Origin: an uncultured Alphaproteobacteria bacterium
GTDB taxonomy: Bacteria; Pseudomonadota; Alphaproteobacteria; UBA7879; UBA5542
Reading direction: 5' to 3'
Assembly: GCA_903912365.1 (NCBI GenBank)
Contig: CAIWGV010000035.1
Coordinates: forward strand, 1 to 58,373
DNA length: 58,373 nucleotides
In this document: piece by piece, positions 1 through 9,102 of the stretch
How the letters are laid out: each line of letters opens with the position of its first letter
Numbering within the stretch: position 1 is the first letter of the stretch
Made by a program: the position numbers and the translations under genes
The notes under the pieces: generated by a model
What the model was told of the DNA's origin: nothing
Databases searched by the model: none
What the model saw: the letters and a program-made list of their open reading frames with translations, nothing else

Positions 1-334
1 CTGTTTTATTTATTTTACTTTAGGAATTCAATACTTCCAATCTGATTCTTAGGTCGTCATTGACTACTATGATTCAGTCACTTACTCAACTATTTAAAAT
101 CACATTAATGATGTTCAGTTAGGGGGTTTGAAAACTTATTTAGAAAAATTACTTGATGCTAATTATACAAGGGTTTCCTTTAATAAACGTCTAAGCTCTC
201 TAATCCCCGATGGAGAGATTTGGGGTTCTTGGATTCAGTCCTTTAATGAAGAACTAAAGAGTTCCGATTTTCCTATAATTTTGGGAGATTTAATATTAGA
301 GTTCTAAAAATTCAGGTACATGTGTGCGAGCGAG

Positions 335-862
335 CTAAATTTCTCTAAACTCCATCTTTAAAGGAGTCTCTTCTAAAAGGAGCCTCTTTGATGTATTCAG
401 GTCTATCTCTTTTGTATAGAGGGGAGAAAGAACCACGTGCAGGCAGAGAGGGCTATTTTTGCTGCATTTGAATAAACTTTCAAAGGGATTAAGAATAGGA
501 CCTTTTGCATCTTGCTCAGAATAAATCGAGCGTAACACATAAGTTGCTTCTTTGTTTTTCTCCAAGAAACCATCTTCAGGGCGCCCCTTATAAACAGAAA
601 AATTCTCCGGCGTCCCCACAATTGTCAAAAAAGGCTCACTATAGTTGTTTTTGTGGGAAAAAGTAGAAAGGGGAAATCGTGTTATGAACGCTAGAGTTCC
701 CGAATGGAAAAAAGAGGGAAGAGGATCTGTCTCAATTCTCATAACTCTATAGACTGGAGGCGCCACTGTCGAGCCTTCTTGAAAATCACCCGATAAAATA
801 CTACAGGCATTTAAAACAAATAAAACTGAAAAAACGCACGCGTCATACCTAATTTTTATCAT
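335..862 (-). CDS. hypothetical lipoprotein/secreted protein
   Basis: 175-aa ORF. The N-terminus MIKIRYDACVFSVLFVLNAC is a hydrophobic signal ending in an L-N-A-C lipobox-like motif. No family recognised. Confidence 0.45.
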   Translation of the reverse strand: MIKIRYDACVFSVLFVLNACSILSGDFQEGSTVAPPVYRVMRIETDPLPSFFHSGTLAFITRFPLSTFSHKNNYSEPFLTIVGTPENFSVYKGRPEDGFLEKNKEATYVLRSIYSEQDAKGPILNPFESLFKCSKNSPLCLHVVLSPLYTKEIDLNTSKRLLLEETPLKMEFREI

Positions 863-1090
863 TTTTTTATTCTTTCATGTTATTTAATTATTTCGGAGTA
901 TTATTATTTTTTTTTAAAAAATCAATGTATTATTTTACATATTAGATTGTAAATTTATTTAAACTCCTTCCAACTCTCTTACGTCGAGCTGAGGCTAGAT
1001 ATGCCCCCCCACACTCCCTTCTGCAATTTTTAATTACTACCAATAGAAGAGGATTTCTTCTTTTTTGCGAAAAAAGTCAACAAAAACTAT

Positions 1091-1795
1091 TTAATGAGAC
1101 CCTGACCGCATGACGCAGGCAATGTAGCCTCGAGGAATAACTCGACTTTTCTCAAATGTTTGAGGCATCATATACTTGTTGGCGGCCGCCAAAGTTACTT
1201 TTTCTCCTGACAGGCTATACCGCTTCAGGTGCCCTTCATTTCCATCTATCACAGCGAAAACCAAAGACTGCTCAGAGACAAAATCCGTCATGCGAAGGCA
1301 CAAAAGGTCTCCATCCAAAATGGACGCATCCTTCAAGAAGTCTCCCGTTACCACAAAGGCCACATACTCTGCATCTGTCTCATGGTTTTTAAGCAAAAAA
1401 GTAGGAATTTTAAGATTTTGAAGCGGAGGATTTCTGAAGCACTCCAAAGAAAGACTAATAGAAATGTTGCCATAGAAGGGAACCATTGTTAGACCTTCTG
1501 ATACTTCCTCTGCTTTTACTTCCTCAACGCAAACAGGCGCTCTTTCTTCTGCCACCATAAGGGCCGCCGTCTCAAACAAATTCGGGCTTTTTAAAATTTC
1601 AATGGCCCGCGCCTTAAAGGGCAGCTGTCTGATGACACCCCGCTCTTGCAATTTCTTAATTAAAGAATGGATTTCTGCCTTGGATTTTTTTTGCACGCCT
1701 TCCCGCATTTCCTCATAGGAAGGGGCGATCCCTTTGGCACGGATATATTTCTCAATAAACAACAAAAGTTCATACTGTTTTTTTGTAAGCATCAT
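1091..1795 (-). CDS. lexA: LexA-like repressor (S24 family) with degenerate autocleavage motifs
   Basis: 234 aa. N-terminal LexA-type winged helix (MLTKKQYELLLFIEKYI..GIAPSYEEM). The C-terminal block VVTGDFLKDASILDGDLL aligns with E. coli VSGMSMKDIGIMDGDLL, and HLKRY aligns with the Lys156 region. The nucleophile Ser position is Phe153. Confidence 0.8.
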   Translation of the reverse strand: MMLTKKQYELLLFIEKYIRAKGIAPSYEEMREGVQKKSKAEIHSLIKKLQERGVIRQLPFKARAIEILKSPNLFETAALMVAEERAPVCVEEVKAEEVSEGLTMVPFYGNISISLSLECFRNPPLQNLKIPTFLLKNHETDAEYVAFVVTGDFLKDASILDGDLLCLRMTDFVSEQSLVFAVIDGNEGHLKRYSLSGEKVTLAAANKYMMPQTFEKSRVIPRGYIACVMRSGSH

Positions 1796-1829
1796 AATAT
1801 TTTAGTCTTACCCTTTCCTCTGGACACTC

Positions 1830-3260
1830 TTATTTTGCCAAATCTGAAAATTTTGTAAACCGCGCATCAAAAAATAATTTAATCGTCCCAATGGGCCCGT
1901 GCCGCTGTTTTGCAATGATGACTTCTGCTTGATTTTGGATAGCTTCCATCTTTTCTTGCCAAGCTCCATATTTTTCGGTGCCTGGTTCCGGCTCATGACG
2001 GGCTTCATAATACTCTTCCCGGTAAATAAACATAACCACGTCCGCGTCTTGCTCAATGGATCCTGACTCTCTAAGATCAGAGAGCTGAGGCCGCTTATCA
2101 TCCCGTTGCTCTACGGCCCGAGAAAGCTGGGACAGGGCTATCACTGGGATTTGAAGTTCTTTGGCCAATGCCTTAAGTCCCCTGGTGATCTGAGAGATTT
2201 CCTGGACCCGATTCTCAGACTTACCTCCGGGACTCAAGAGTTGCAGGTAATCGATGATCACCAGGTCAAGTCCCTGTTGCCGCTTAAGACGCCGGGCCCT
2301 GGTCCTCAAAGAGGCCACCGTTAGAGAGGCCGTATCATCAATAAACAAAGGCAGCTGGCTGATGCGGCGATTCACCTCTGTTAGCTTTGGAAAATCTTCC
2401 TTACGAAGCTCTCCTCGGCGAATTTTGTCGGAGGGCACCCCCGCTTCTTGAGCTAAAATACGCGTAGCAATCTGGTCTGCTGACATTTCTAAAGAAAAGA
2501 AAGCCACCGTCCCCCCCTCTTTTCCCTTCTGGAGTTTTGAAAGGGCCGCATTAAAAGCAATGTTAACTCCCAAACCAGTCTTTCCCATGGACGGCCGTCC
2601 CGCGATAATAAGAAGATCTGAGGGATGCAACCCTCCTAGCCATTTATCCAAATCATGAAGGCCTGTGGTTACACCTACAATCTTACTGTCACGTTTATAG
2701 GCAACCTCTGCCATCTTGACCGCTTGAATCAAAGACTCTTCGAAACTTTGGACCCGAGACCCGTTGGAGGACCCACTCAATGCAAGATCAAAAAGCTTCT
2801 TCTCCGCCTCTTCAATTTGCTGTGTCGCCTCATTATCAAAGTCGTGTGCCCGAGCATCATCAACAATATTTTCACCGATATTGATCAGCTCTCGTCGCAG
2901 AAAAAGGTCATAGATAATCTGCCCATAATGCTGAATATTTCCCACAGAGACCATGGCATCGGCCAATTGCACCAGGTAGGAAACTCCCCCTATGGCACTT
3001 AAGGTGGCCTCTTTTTCAAAGAAGTCTTTTAAAGTAATGGGATCCGCTACAGTACCACGCTCAATAAGGGTAAAAATGGCTTGATAAATCTTTCCATGAT
3101 TTCCATCGGAAAAATGGTTGGGCCGGAGAAAGTCACTGACCTTTTCTAAGGCATAGTTGTTGTGAAGGAGGCCCCCCAAAAGCGCTTGCTCCGCTTCTAC
3201 ATTCACAGGAGCGGCCCTGTCCTGCAGGAGAGTCGCTTGCGAAGACGGGGTTTCTAACAT
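1830..3260 (-). CDS. dnaB: replicative DNA helicase DnaB
   Basis: 476 aa. N-terminal PVNVEAEQALLGGLL motif, Walker A GRPSMGKTGLGVNIA, Walker B LVIIDYLQLL, and C-terminal RHGPIGTIKLFFD. Full-length DnaB architecture. Confidence 0.95.
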   Translation of the reverse strand: MLETPSSQATLLQDRAAPVNVEAEQALLGGLLHNNYALEKVSDFLRPNHFSDGNHGKIYQAIFTLIERGTVADPITLKDFFEKEATLSAIGGVSYLVQLADAMVSVGNIQHYGQIIYDLFLRRELINIGENIVDDARAHDFDNEATQQIEEAEKKLFDLALSGSSNGSRVQSFEESLIQAVKMAEVAYKRDSKIVGVTTGLHDLDKWLGGLHPSDLLIIAGRPSMGKTGLGVNIAFNAALSKLQKGKEGGTVAFFSLEMSADQIATRILAQEAGVPSDKIRRGELRKEDFPKLTEVNRRISQLPLFIDDTASLTVASLRTRARRLKRQQGLDLVIIDYLQLLSPGGKSENRVQEISQITRGLKALAKELQIPVIALSQLSRAVEQRDDKRPQLSDLRESGSIEQDADVVMFIYREEYYEARHEPEPGTEKYGAWQEKMEAIQNQAEVIIAKQRHGPIGTIKLFFDARFTKFSDLAK

Positions 3261-3506
3261 TTTATTTTATTTTTCCACACACATTTCAAGGACGAAGACG
3301 TCCCACGTTTTTCAGAATCACGTTTATACCTGACCTCCCTTAACTATAAGTAAACTCTGAAATTTTTTCAATTACAAAAGACCAAAAAAAACAATCTCTC
3401 ATCCCCTTTGCTTTTAAGACGTGCACTCTTTATAATTTTGAATAGAGAGACGGAGTGCTGTATAAGCAATCTTAGAATAATTTAATTTTGGAGGAATGAA
3501 GAAGAT

Positions 3507-3893
3507 ATGGGCTCGCCCGCTGTTGTTTCTGGCGCTCTCGCGGCTTGCTCCATGGGAGCAGCCCCTGCTTCTCTTATGTTTCTTCCTGCCCCCATAGTAA
3601 TGGCCGGCACCCAGGCAGGAACCATTGTGAATATGATCCCTTTTTTGAATATTATGCCCTTTGGAATGTGTATTGCTCCCGCGAATCCAGCAGTCATCGC
3701 GGCAACAACTGCGGCCATGGGGACGCCGACTCCGGGGGCTTGTATCCCTACACCAGCGGGTCCCTGGTCTCCTGGATCTACCAAAGCTGTTATGGGAGGC
3801 ATACCTATGCTGACGGCTTCAAGCACTCTTAGTTGTAGTTTTGGAGGCTCTATTACCGTCTCTTTCTCCGGCCAAACTATCTGCATGGTATGA
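3507..3893 (+). CDS. DUF4280 (PAAR-like) domain protein
   Basis: 128 aa, Gly/Ala/Pro/Cys-rich. It shows the DUF4280 pattern C-S-x-G..NI-x-PFGMC..ANPA..C-IP..PW-PGS..GG-P-L..S-L-C..GG-I-..-GQ. GGAGG lies 9 nt before the ATG. Confidence 0.75.
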   Translation: MGSPAVVSGALAACSMGAAPASLMFLPAPIVMAGTQAGTIVNMIPFLNIMPFGMCIAPANPAVIAATTAAMGTPTPGACIPTPAGPWSPGSTKAVMGGIPMLTASSTLSCSFGGSITVSFSGQTICMV

Positions 3894-3894
3894 A

Positions 3895-4653
3895 ATGAAA
3901 GAATTTCTCAAAATAATTGGTATTTCAACCCTTTGCATTTTGGTCGGATATCTTTTTGCACATTATGTTAGCAAAGGATCTCTCGAGAGAGTTGAAGATG
4001 TTTTTGTTAAAAAGACTGAGTCTGCTCTCCATAAGGGAGAAAAACTTGCAGAAGAGTTAAAAGGACCCTTTGAAAAAGAGGAGAAAAAAGCAGACTCTCT
4101 GCTAAAAGATGCGGAAAAGGATATTGACCCTCACAAAGCTCCTCCCAAAAAAGAGGACAAGGAGGAAGAACTCTCTCTAAAACTTTTGGGATCCTTGTGG
4201 CCTATCCAGAAACGACAAGCTACGCCTCAGGCAACCACAACAGGCTCCGTCTACATGGATGGAACATCTCCTTATGGAATTTCTTCTTCTCAAGAAGATG
4301 AATTGTTAGCACCTCAAAACCTTTTACACTTGGAAAAAAATATCCCCCCTAAAAAGCCCTCCAACACTACTCCCTTCAAGGTATACATTCCTTTTGAAAA
4401 AACTCCTTTCGACAAGCTGTTCTGGGTTCAGTTGGGAGCATTCGATTCTTTGAAAGCCTCTCAGAAGGCCACTCGATATTTCATCTCCAGAGGATATGAT
4501 GTAGAAGCCGTCCATAAACCTGACCCTTCCAATCCTAGCCCCCTTTATTTTGTAAGGCTTCGGGTTCCTCAAACAGAAAAAGAAGGAGCTCAGAAGATAT
4601 GGCTGCTGCGGATGAGGGAAAAAGTTTTTGCTACTTTAGTTCCTTGCGCTTGA
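3895..4653 (+). CDS. SPOR-domain membrane protein
   Basis: The ATG at 3895 follows the DUF4280 stop (3891-3893) by 1 nt. N-terminal TM helix (ISTLCILVGYLFAHYV), a Lys/Glu-rich linker, and a C-terminal SPOR-like fold (FWVQLGAFDSLKASQKATRYFISRGYDVEAV...YFVRLRV). The ORF track starts at 3841; I prefer the coupled ATG. Confidence 0.7.
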   Translation: MKEFLKIIGISTLCILVGYLFAHYVSKGSLERVEDVFVKKTESALHKGEKLAEELKGPFEKEEKKADSLLKDAEKDIDPHKAPPKKEDKEEELSLKLLGSLWPIQKRQATPQATTTGSVYMDGTSPYGISSSQEDELLAPQNLLHLEKNIPPKKPSNTTPFKVYIPFEKTPFDKLFWVQLGAFDSLKASQKATRYFISRGYDVEAVHKPDPSNPSPLYFVRLRVPQTEKEGAQKIWLLRMREKVFATLVPCA

Positions 4654-4659
4654 TTTTTT

Positions 4660-5352
4660 TCAGACCTTAGGCTTTGGACGTTGTCCTTTATCAGAATGAG
4701 CCTTTGTCTTTTTCTTACAAAACTCTGGATTATCTGATCGAACTGTTACCGGACTCTGACCCGGTTTTTTAGTAGCATGACTTTCCAAAAGGCACATCAT
4801 AATGTGTTGGGGCGCGTAATAATAGCCCTTCTTCACATTAATAGAGGCAAGGCAGTGATCTGGACTTTGCCCCACCCCTATCTGGAATTGCACCTGAACA
4901 TACCCCCCTAGGTCCTGCTGAACATCAATCCTAGAGTGTTCGTCATTCACATCCAGTTTAAAACTCCTAGCTCTTTGAAGGGTGTTTTCAGGAAAGAATA
5001 GGTATTGTTCTGATATGGGAATTTTCTTAATACCTCTTAGACCGCGAGGAGTGTTTGATCTATAATATCTTGTTCCTCTTTCACGGGGAAGCCCGGAATA
5101 GTATTCCGTCATCTTAATGAGGGCATCCCAAACAGGTTTTTTATCTTTCTTACTTTTATAAGGTCTCCTCTCTATATTTCCCTCCTTAACTACAAAAAAT
5201 TCTCCTGCATCCCAATTAAGGGGTTTGTTAGAACGCTGTTTAACAGAAGTTTTAGGAAGATTACTCATCCTCTGCTCTTCAACAACTGACCACAAAGGGG
5301 TTCCCAAAAGAAGGGGGATCAATACCAAAACTCTCTTTAAAATTATATTCAT
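4660..5352 (-). CDS. hypothetical secreted protein
   Basis: 230-aa ORF with an N-terminal signal-like segment (MNIILKRVLVLIPLLLGTPLWS) and a basic C-terminus. No family recognised. Confidence 0.5.
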   Translation of the reverse strand: MNIILKRVLVLIPLLLGTPLWSVVEEQRMSNLPKTSVKQRSNKPLNWDAGEFFVVKEGNIERRPYKSKKDKKPVWDALIKMTEYYSGLPRERGTRYYRSNTPRGLRGIKKIPISEQYLFFPENTLQRARSFKLDVNDEHSRIDVQQDLGGYVQVQFQIGVGQSPDHCLASINVKKGYYYAPQHIMMCLLESHATKKPGQSPVTVRSDNPEFCKKKTKAHSDKGQRPKPKV

Positions 5353-5463
5353 GTTCTTCCTCTGTTAATAAACGCCTGCCTATATATCACATCCCTAGAC
5401 TTTGTAAAACCCCCTAAAAACTTGACGCAGAGCCCATAACCAGGTAGAAAGTCTAACACAGAT

Positions 5464-5541
5464 GGCGGGTGTAGCTCAGTTGGTTAGAGCGCCAGTTTGT
5501 GGTATTGGATGCCGTGGGTTCGAATCCCATCACTCGCCCCA
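5464..5541 (+). tRNA. tRNA-His (GTG) with genome-encoded G-1, C73 and CCA
   Basis: Manual cloverleaf. Acceptor GCGGGTG/CACTCGC preceded by an extra G; D-arm GCTC/GAGC; anticodon arm CCAGT-TTGTGGT-ATTGG (anticodon GTG); T-arm GTGGG-TTCGAAT-CCCAT; then C-CCA. Confidence 0.9.
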
Positions 5542-5568
5542 TTTTTTCTAGGAACTATTATTGTATTT

Positions 5569-6828
5569 ATGCCTAACAAAGACACCAACAAAGTCCTTAC
5601 GTTTGGATGCCGCCTTAATATCTACGAATCCCAAGTCATTAGCGACTTACTGAAAAAATCCGACACAAAAAACACCATTGTCGTAAATACTTGCGCTGTT
5701 ACGGCAGAAGCAGAGCGTCAAGCCTTTCAAAGCATCCGGCGCACACGACGGGAAAATCCAAACCATAGAATCATCGTAACGGGTTGCGCGGCTCAAATTA
5801 ATCCAGAAAAATTTAGCAACCTCCCAGAAGTGGACCAGGTCTTGGGCAATCAAGAAAAAATGCAGTTGGAAAGTTTTATACCGTCCAATGGGTCACGAAT
5901 TCTTGTAGACGATATCATGACTTTGACCAATGCAAGCGCCCCCCCTGTCAGTGTCTTTGATGGAAAAACACGGGCCTTCATTGAAATTCAAAATGGCTGC
6001 AATCATCGCTGTACATTTTGTCGCATTCCTTACGGACGGGGAAATAGTCGAAGCGTCCCCTTAAGAGCCATTCTCTCCCAAATCCAACAGCTTGTGAACT
6101 CTGGTATTCCGGAAGTTATTCTGACCGGAGTTGATATCACCTCCTATGGAGAAGATTTCCCAGAAAAACTCACCTTAGGTTTTTGTGTTCAACAGATCCT
6201 AGAAAACTTCCCTGACCTCAAAAGATTACGTCTTTCCTCCATTGATCCCGTTGAGTTTGACGAAACCCTCTGGGAAATCTTTGCCACAAACAATCGTCTC
6301 ATGCCCCACATACATATTAGCCTTCAGGCAGGAGATGATCTTATCCTTAAACGAATGAAACGCCGCCACTTACGAAAAGATGTTATTAATTTCTGTGCCC
6401 GCATGCGCTCCCTCAGGCCGGACGTGGTATTTGGCGCTGACATCATCGCAGGATTTCCTACGGAAACGGAGGAGATGTTTCAAAACTCTCTGGATCTCAT
6501 CGAAGAGTGTAACATCTCCTATCTCCATGTATTTCCCTTTTCACCTCACGCAGAAACACCTGCTTCTCGCATGCCTCAAGTAAATCGTGGTATGATAAAA
6601 GAGAGGTCTGCCCGCTTGAGGCTCCTGGGAGATAAAATGAAGGAAAAACTTTTTACATTAATGCAGGGCCAAGAAGCTGAAATCGTTGTAGAGCAGAATT
6701 ATTCAGGATTGACAGAGCATTTTGCCCCTGTCATGCCTGATCAGAACCTTGAACCCGGAACCATTTCCCGTGTAAAGATTGTTGGAAAAACATCAAGCCA
6801 CTTGGTAGGGCAGGTCCTCCCATGCTGA
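5569..6828 (+). CDS. mtaB: tRNA (t6A37) methylthiotransferase MtaB (MiaB-like radical SAM)
   Basis: N-terminal TFGCRLNIYESQ motif, radical-SAM CNHRCTFCRIP, and a C-terminal TRAM-like end. The start is set at ATG 5569 (MPNKD...) because the longer ORF (5497) runs through the tRNA-His gene. Confidence 0.85.
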   Translation: MPNKDTNKVLTFGCRLNIYESQVISDLLKKSDTKNTIVVNTCAVTAEAERQAFQSIRRTRRENPNHRIIVTGCAAQINPEKFSNLPEVDQVLGNQEKMQLESFIPSNGSRILVDDIMTLTNASAPPVSVFDGKTRAFIEIQNGCNHRCTFCRIPYGRGNSRSVPLRAILSQIQQLVNSGIPEVILTGVDITSYGEDFPEKLTLGFCVQQILENFPDLKRLRLSSIDPVEFDETLWEIFATNNRLMPHIHISLQAGDDLILKRMKRRHLRKDVINFCARMRSLRPDVVFGADIIAGFPTETEEMFQNSLDLIEECNISYLHVFPFSPHAETPASRMPQVNRGMIKERSARLRLLGDKMKEKLFTLMQGQEAEIVVEQNYSGLTEHFAPVMPDQNLEPGTISRVKIVGKTSSHLVGQVLPC

Positions 6829-7754
6829 AAAAAGGATGGCTCTCTCGACTAAAAGACGGCTTGCAGAAAACTTCTGAAAAGCTAACACAGAACATCGCAC
6901 AGGTTTTTACTCATACTAAAATAGATGAATCCACCCTAGAGGAGCTAGAAGATATTCTCATTCAGGCTGACATGGGAACGGCAGCGGCTGCTCAAATTAT
7001 AGTAAAAATAAAAAAGAAAGCCTTTGAAAAAGAATTCTCCCGAGAAAATGTTTTAGAAACAATCTCTGAAGAAATTGAGGGAATCCTTCGACCCTATGCT
7101 TATCCCTTAGAAATACTGCCAAAGAAACCCCACGTTATTCTCATGATTGGAGTTAACGGAACAGGAAAAACAACCACCACAGCAAAACTTGCCTACTTTT
7201 TTCAGAAACAAGGAAAGACTGTTGCTGTAGTTGCAGGAGATACGTTCCGAGCAGCGGCCATTGAGCAGCTACAGGTCTGGGCAAATCGACTCAATATTCC
7301 CCTCATAAGCCGTCATATGGGGGCAGATCCTGCAGGACTTGCCTATGATGCTTATCAAGAGGCTGTAAAAATGGGATACGATGTGCTTCTTATCGATACG
7401 GCCGGTCGCTTACACACCAATGAAACTCTCATGTTTCAGCTGCAAAAAATTGATCGGGTGTTAAAAAAGATATCCCCAGAGATTCCCCAGAGCTGCCTTT
7501 TAGTGTTAGATGCCATGATTGGACAAAATACTTATGCTCAGGTGGAGTTCTTCCAGAAATGCCTTCCCATTACTGGGCTTATTATGACGAAACTAGATGG
7601 GACTGCTCGCGGGGGCGTTGTAGTAGGAATTGCTGAGCGCTTTAAACTGCCCATACATGCCATTGGCGTGGGAGAAGACGCAGAAGACCTACATCCCTTT
7701 CATCCTCAAGATTTCGCACGTGCCTTAGTGGGTCTAAAAGATCTTAATTCTTAG
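6822..7754 (+). CDS. ftsY: signal recognition particle receptor FtsY
   Basis: 310 aa. SRP-GTPase motifs GVNGTGKTTT, DTAGR, TKLDG and GVGE. Overlaps the mtaB stop by 7 nt. Confidence 0.95.
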   Translation: MLKKGWLSRLKDGLQKTSEKLTQNIAQVFTHTKIDESTLEELEDILIQADMGTAAAAQIIVKIKKKAFEKEFSRENVLETISEEIEGILRPYAYPLEILPKKPHVILMIGVNGTGKTTTTAKLAYFFQKQGKTVAVVAGDTFRAAAIEQLQVWANRLNIPLISRHMGADPAGLAYDAYQEAVKMGYDVLLIDTAGRLHTNETLMFQLQKIDRVLKKISPEIPQSCLLVLDAMIGQNTYAQVEFFQKCLPITGLIMTKLDGTARGGVVVGIAERFKLPIHAIGVGEDAEDLHPFHPQDFARALVGLKDLNS

Positions 7755-8341
7755 GTTATGGAATTCAGCCTGTTAAGAGCCGCCTGAACATTATTTGACA
7801 AAATATGTACCTCGTCTGGCGTTAATCTTTGAATATTTGCAGATAAATATTGGACAATGGCTGCAGCATAAGAGGCCTGCAACCGAATGAACGCCATCAA
7901 AAGATTCGGATAAATCAATCCCTCCCAAACGCTCGGCGCATTTCCCTGTTGTATAAAGAGTCCTGACAAATACACATTATTTGAAATAGATCCCTTAACA
8001 GCTTCCGCCGCATTCACGGAGGAGGATACCGAGGCTCCAGTTAAAGAATTCAGAACCGAGTCTATGGTAGCGGCTAAGTTCTGAGCCTGGGCTTTGGTTG
8101 GGAATTGGGAGGGAGAATATCCCCCAAAACTTATAAGCTTCGCGGAAAGGGACGTTAGATTCGTTCGGAGCTGAATGTCTTGTTTTGTTGACCCATCCAC
8201 AAGCCGCGTGAGGTCTTTAGCTTCGCCATAAAGCCCTGCCGCCGTAGAGCCGCCGCTCCCATCGGGAACTCCTGACATACTTAAAACAGAAGCAGAAGAT
8301 AGAAAGACTACCCCACCGAGTATTAATGATACAACTCTCAT
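7751..8341 (-). CDS. hypothetical secreted protein
   Basis: 196-aa ORF with a signal peptide (MRVVSLILGGVVFLSSASVLS) and Ser/Ala/Asn-rich composition. No family recognised. Confidence 0.45.
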   Translation of the reverse strand: MRVVSLILGGVVFLSSASVLSMSGVPDGSGGSTAAGLYGEAKDLTRLVDGSTKQDIQLRTNLTSLSAKLISFGGYSPSQFPTKAQAQNLAATIDSVLNSLTGASVSSSVNAAEAVKGSISNNVYLSGLFIQQGNAPSVWEGLIYPNLLMAFIRLQASYAAAIVQYLSANIQRLTPDEVHILSNNVQAALNRLNSIT

Positions 8342-8378
8342 ACCTGCCTCCCTACTTTCTTCTGTTATACGTCTTATC

Positions 8379-9023
8379 CTATGATTCTAGAGTTCTCATG
8401 GCCAGTTTACAAGCAAAATAAAACATGAGGACACCCATAGTGCGATTAACCCACTTACCTCCCTTATAAACAAGCTTTCTAAAAAAAGGATGGGAGAAGA
8501 GAAACGCGGATCCACTGTACCAAATCAACGAAGTACACATGAGTAAGGTCACGTAAACTATGAGGACACTCAGGGGCGTCTCTCGGCTCACGGTAGCGGT
8601 CAAAATTGTAATGAACCCAATGGAAGAGGATGGGTGGACTATATCAATCAAGAATCCCATTTTGAAGGCTTTCTTTGGAGTTAGTCCCTTGAGATGGGTA
8701 ATATATTTACTATCTTGTTTGCTGGGCTCGGCAACTGGAGAAAAAAACATCCGGACTGCCAAATAGGCCAGATAGGTACTGGCCACATATTTGAGAATAT
8801 TGAGCCAGAACAAAGAACTCTGAGTCAGAACCACATGGAAAATGAGGATGCTATAAATACGGTGGATAATAGTGCTACACAAAATACCAAAACCCGTGTA
8901 GAGCCCAACCTTGCGCGAATAGTAACTGCTATTGTGCATCATAAGAGCTGTCTCGGGTCCTGGACTCGCCAAGTTGCCGAGGTTCACCGCAAACAAATCT
9001 AAAAACTGAGGTATATAATACAT
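8379..9023 (-). CDS. LysE/RhtB family amino-acid exporter
   Basis: 214 aa, about six hydrophobic helices, N-terminal SPGP motif (LASPGPETAL) typical of the LysE family. Confidence 0.75.
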   Translation of the reverse strand: MYYIPQFLDLFAVNLGNLASPGPETALMMHNSSYYSRKVGLYTGFGILCSTIIHRIYSILIFHVVLTQSSLFWLNILKYVASTYLAYLAVRMFFSPVAEPSKQDSKYITHLKGLTPKKAFKMGFLIDIVHPSSSIGFITILTATVSRETPLSVLIVYVTLLMCTSLIWYSGSAFLFSHPFFRKLVYKGGKWVNRTMGVLMFYFACKLAMRTLES

Positions 9024-9102
9024 GATGGATTCTCTTTTAAAGGATTTTCTTCTTTAATTCAACCCCCTTTTCAAGATCTCTTTATTCAGGTATTTTAAGC
9101 TT

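Noticed and set aside
53-307. A plus-strand reading frame at the left edge ending in ...LGGLKTYLEKLLDANYTRVSFNKRLSSLIPDGEIWGSWIQSFNEELKSSDFPIILGDLILEF*.
   Set aside because: The frame is interrupted by in-frame stops at 50-52 and 95-97. The only candidate start is a TTG (128) immediately abutting the SD-like AGGGGG. It may be a gene remnant or a small ORF, but it cannot be supported from this sequence alone.
1048-1070. The hairpin AGAAGA-GGATTT-TCTTCT followed by TTTTT, downstream of lexA.
   Set aside because: The T-tract is on the plus strand, where no gene ends. On the lexA (minus) strand the stem is followed by ATTGG. It is possibly a weak bidirectional terminator, but that is not convincing.
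3261-3506. A search for an alphaproteobacterial SOS box (GTTC-N7-GTTC or GAAC-N7-GAAC) or other operator in the dnaB/DUF4280 divergent region, and upstream of lexA.
   Set aside because: I could see no such motif by eye. Only a short GGACG-AAGA-CGTCC hairpin at about 3291-3304 is present, which is too weak to call.
3482-3886. A 134-aa minus-strand ORF mirroring the DUF4280 gene.
   Set aside because: The plus-strand product matches a recognisable family signature and has a GGAGG RBS. The antisense ORF is an artefact of the Gly/Ala/Pro-rich codon composition.
5497-5568. An N-terminal extension of the mtaB ORF (MWYWMPWVRIPSLAPFF...).
   Set aside because: The extension is simply a translation of the 3' half of the tRNA-His gene. 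A conserved MtaB N-terminus begins at ATG 5569.
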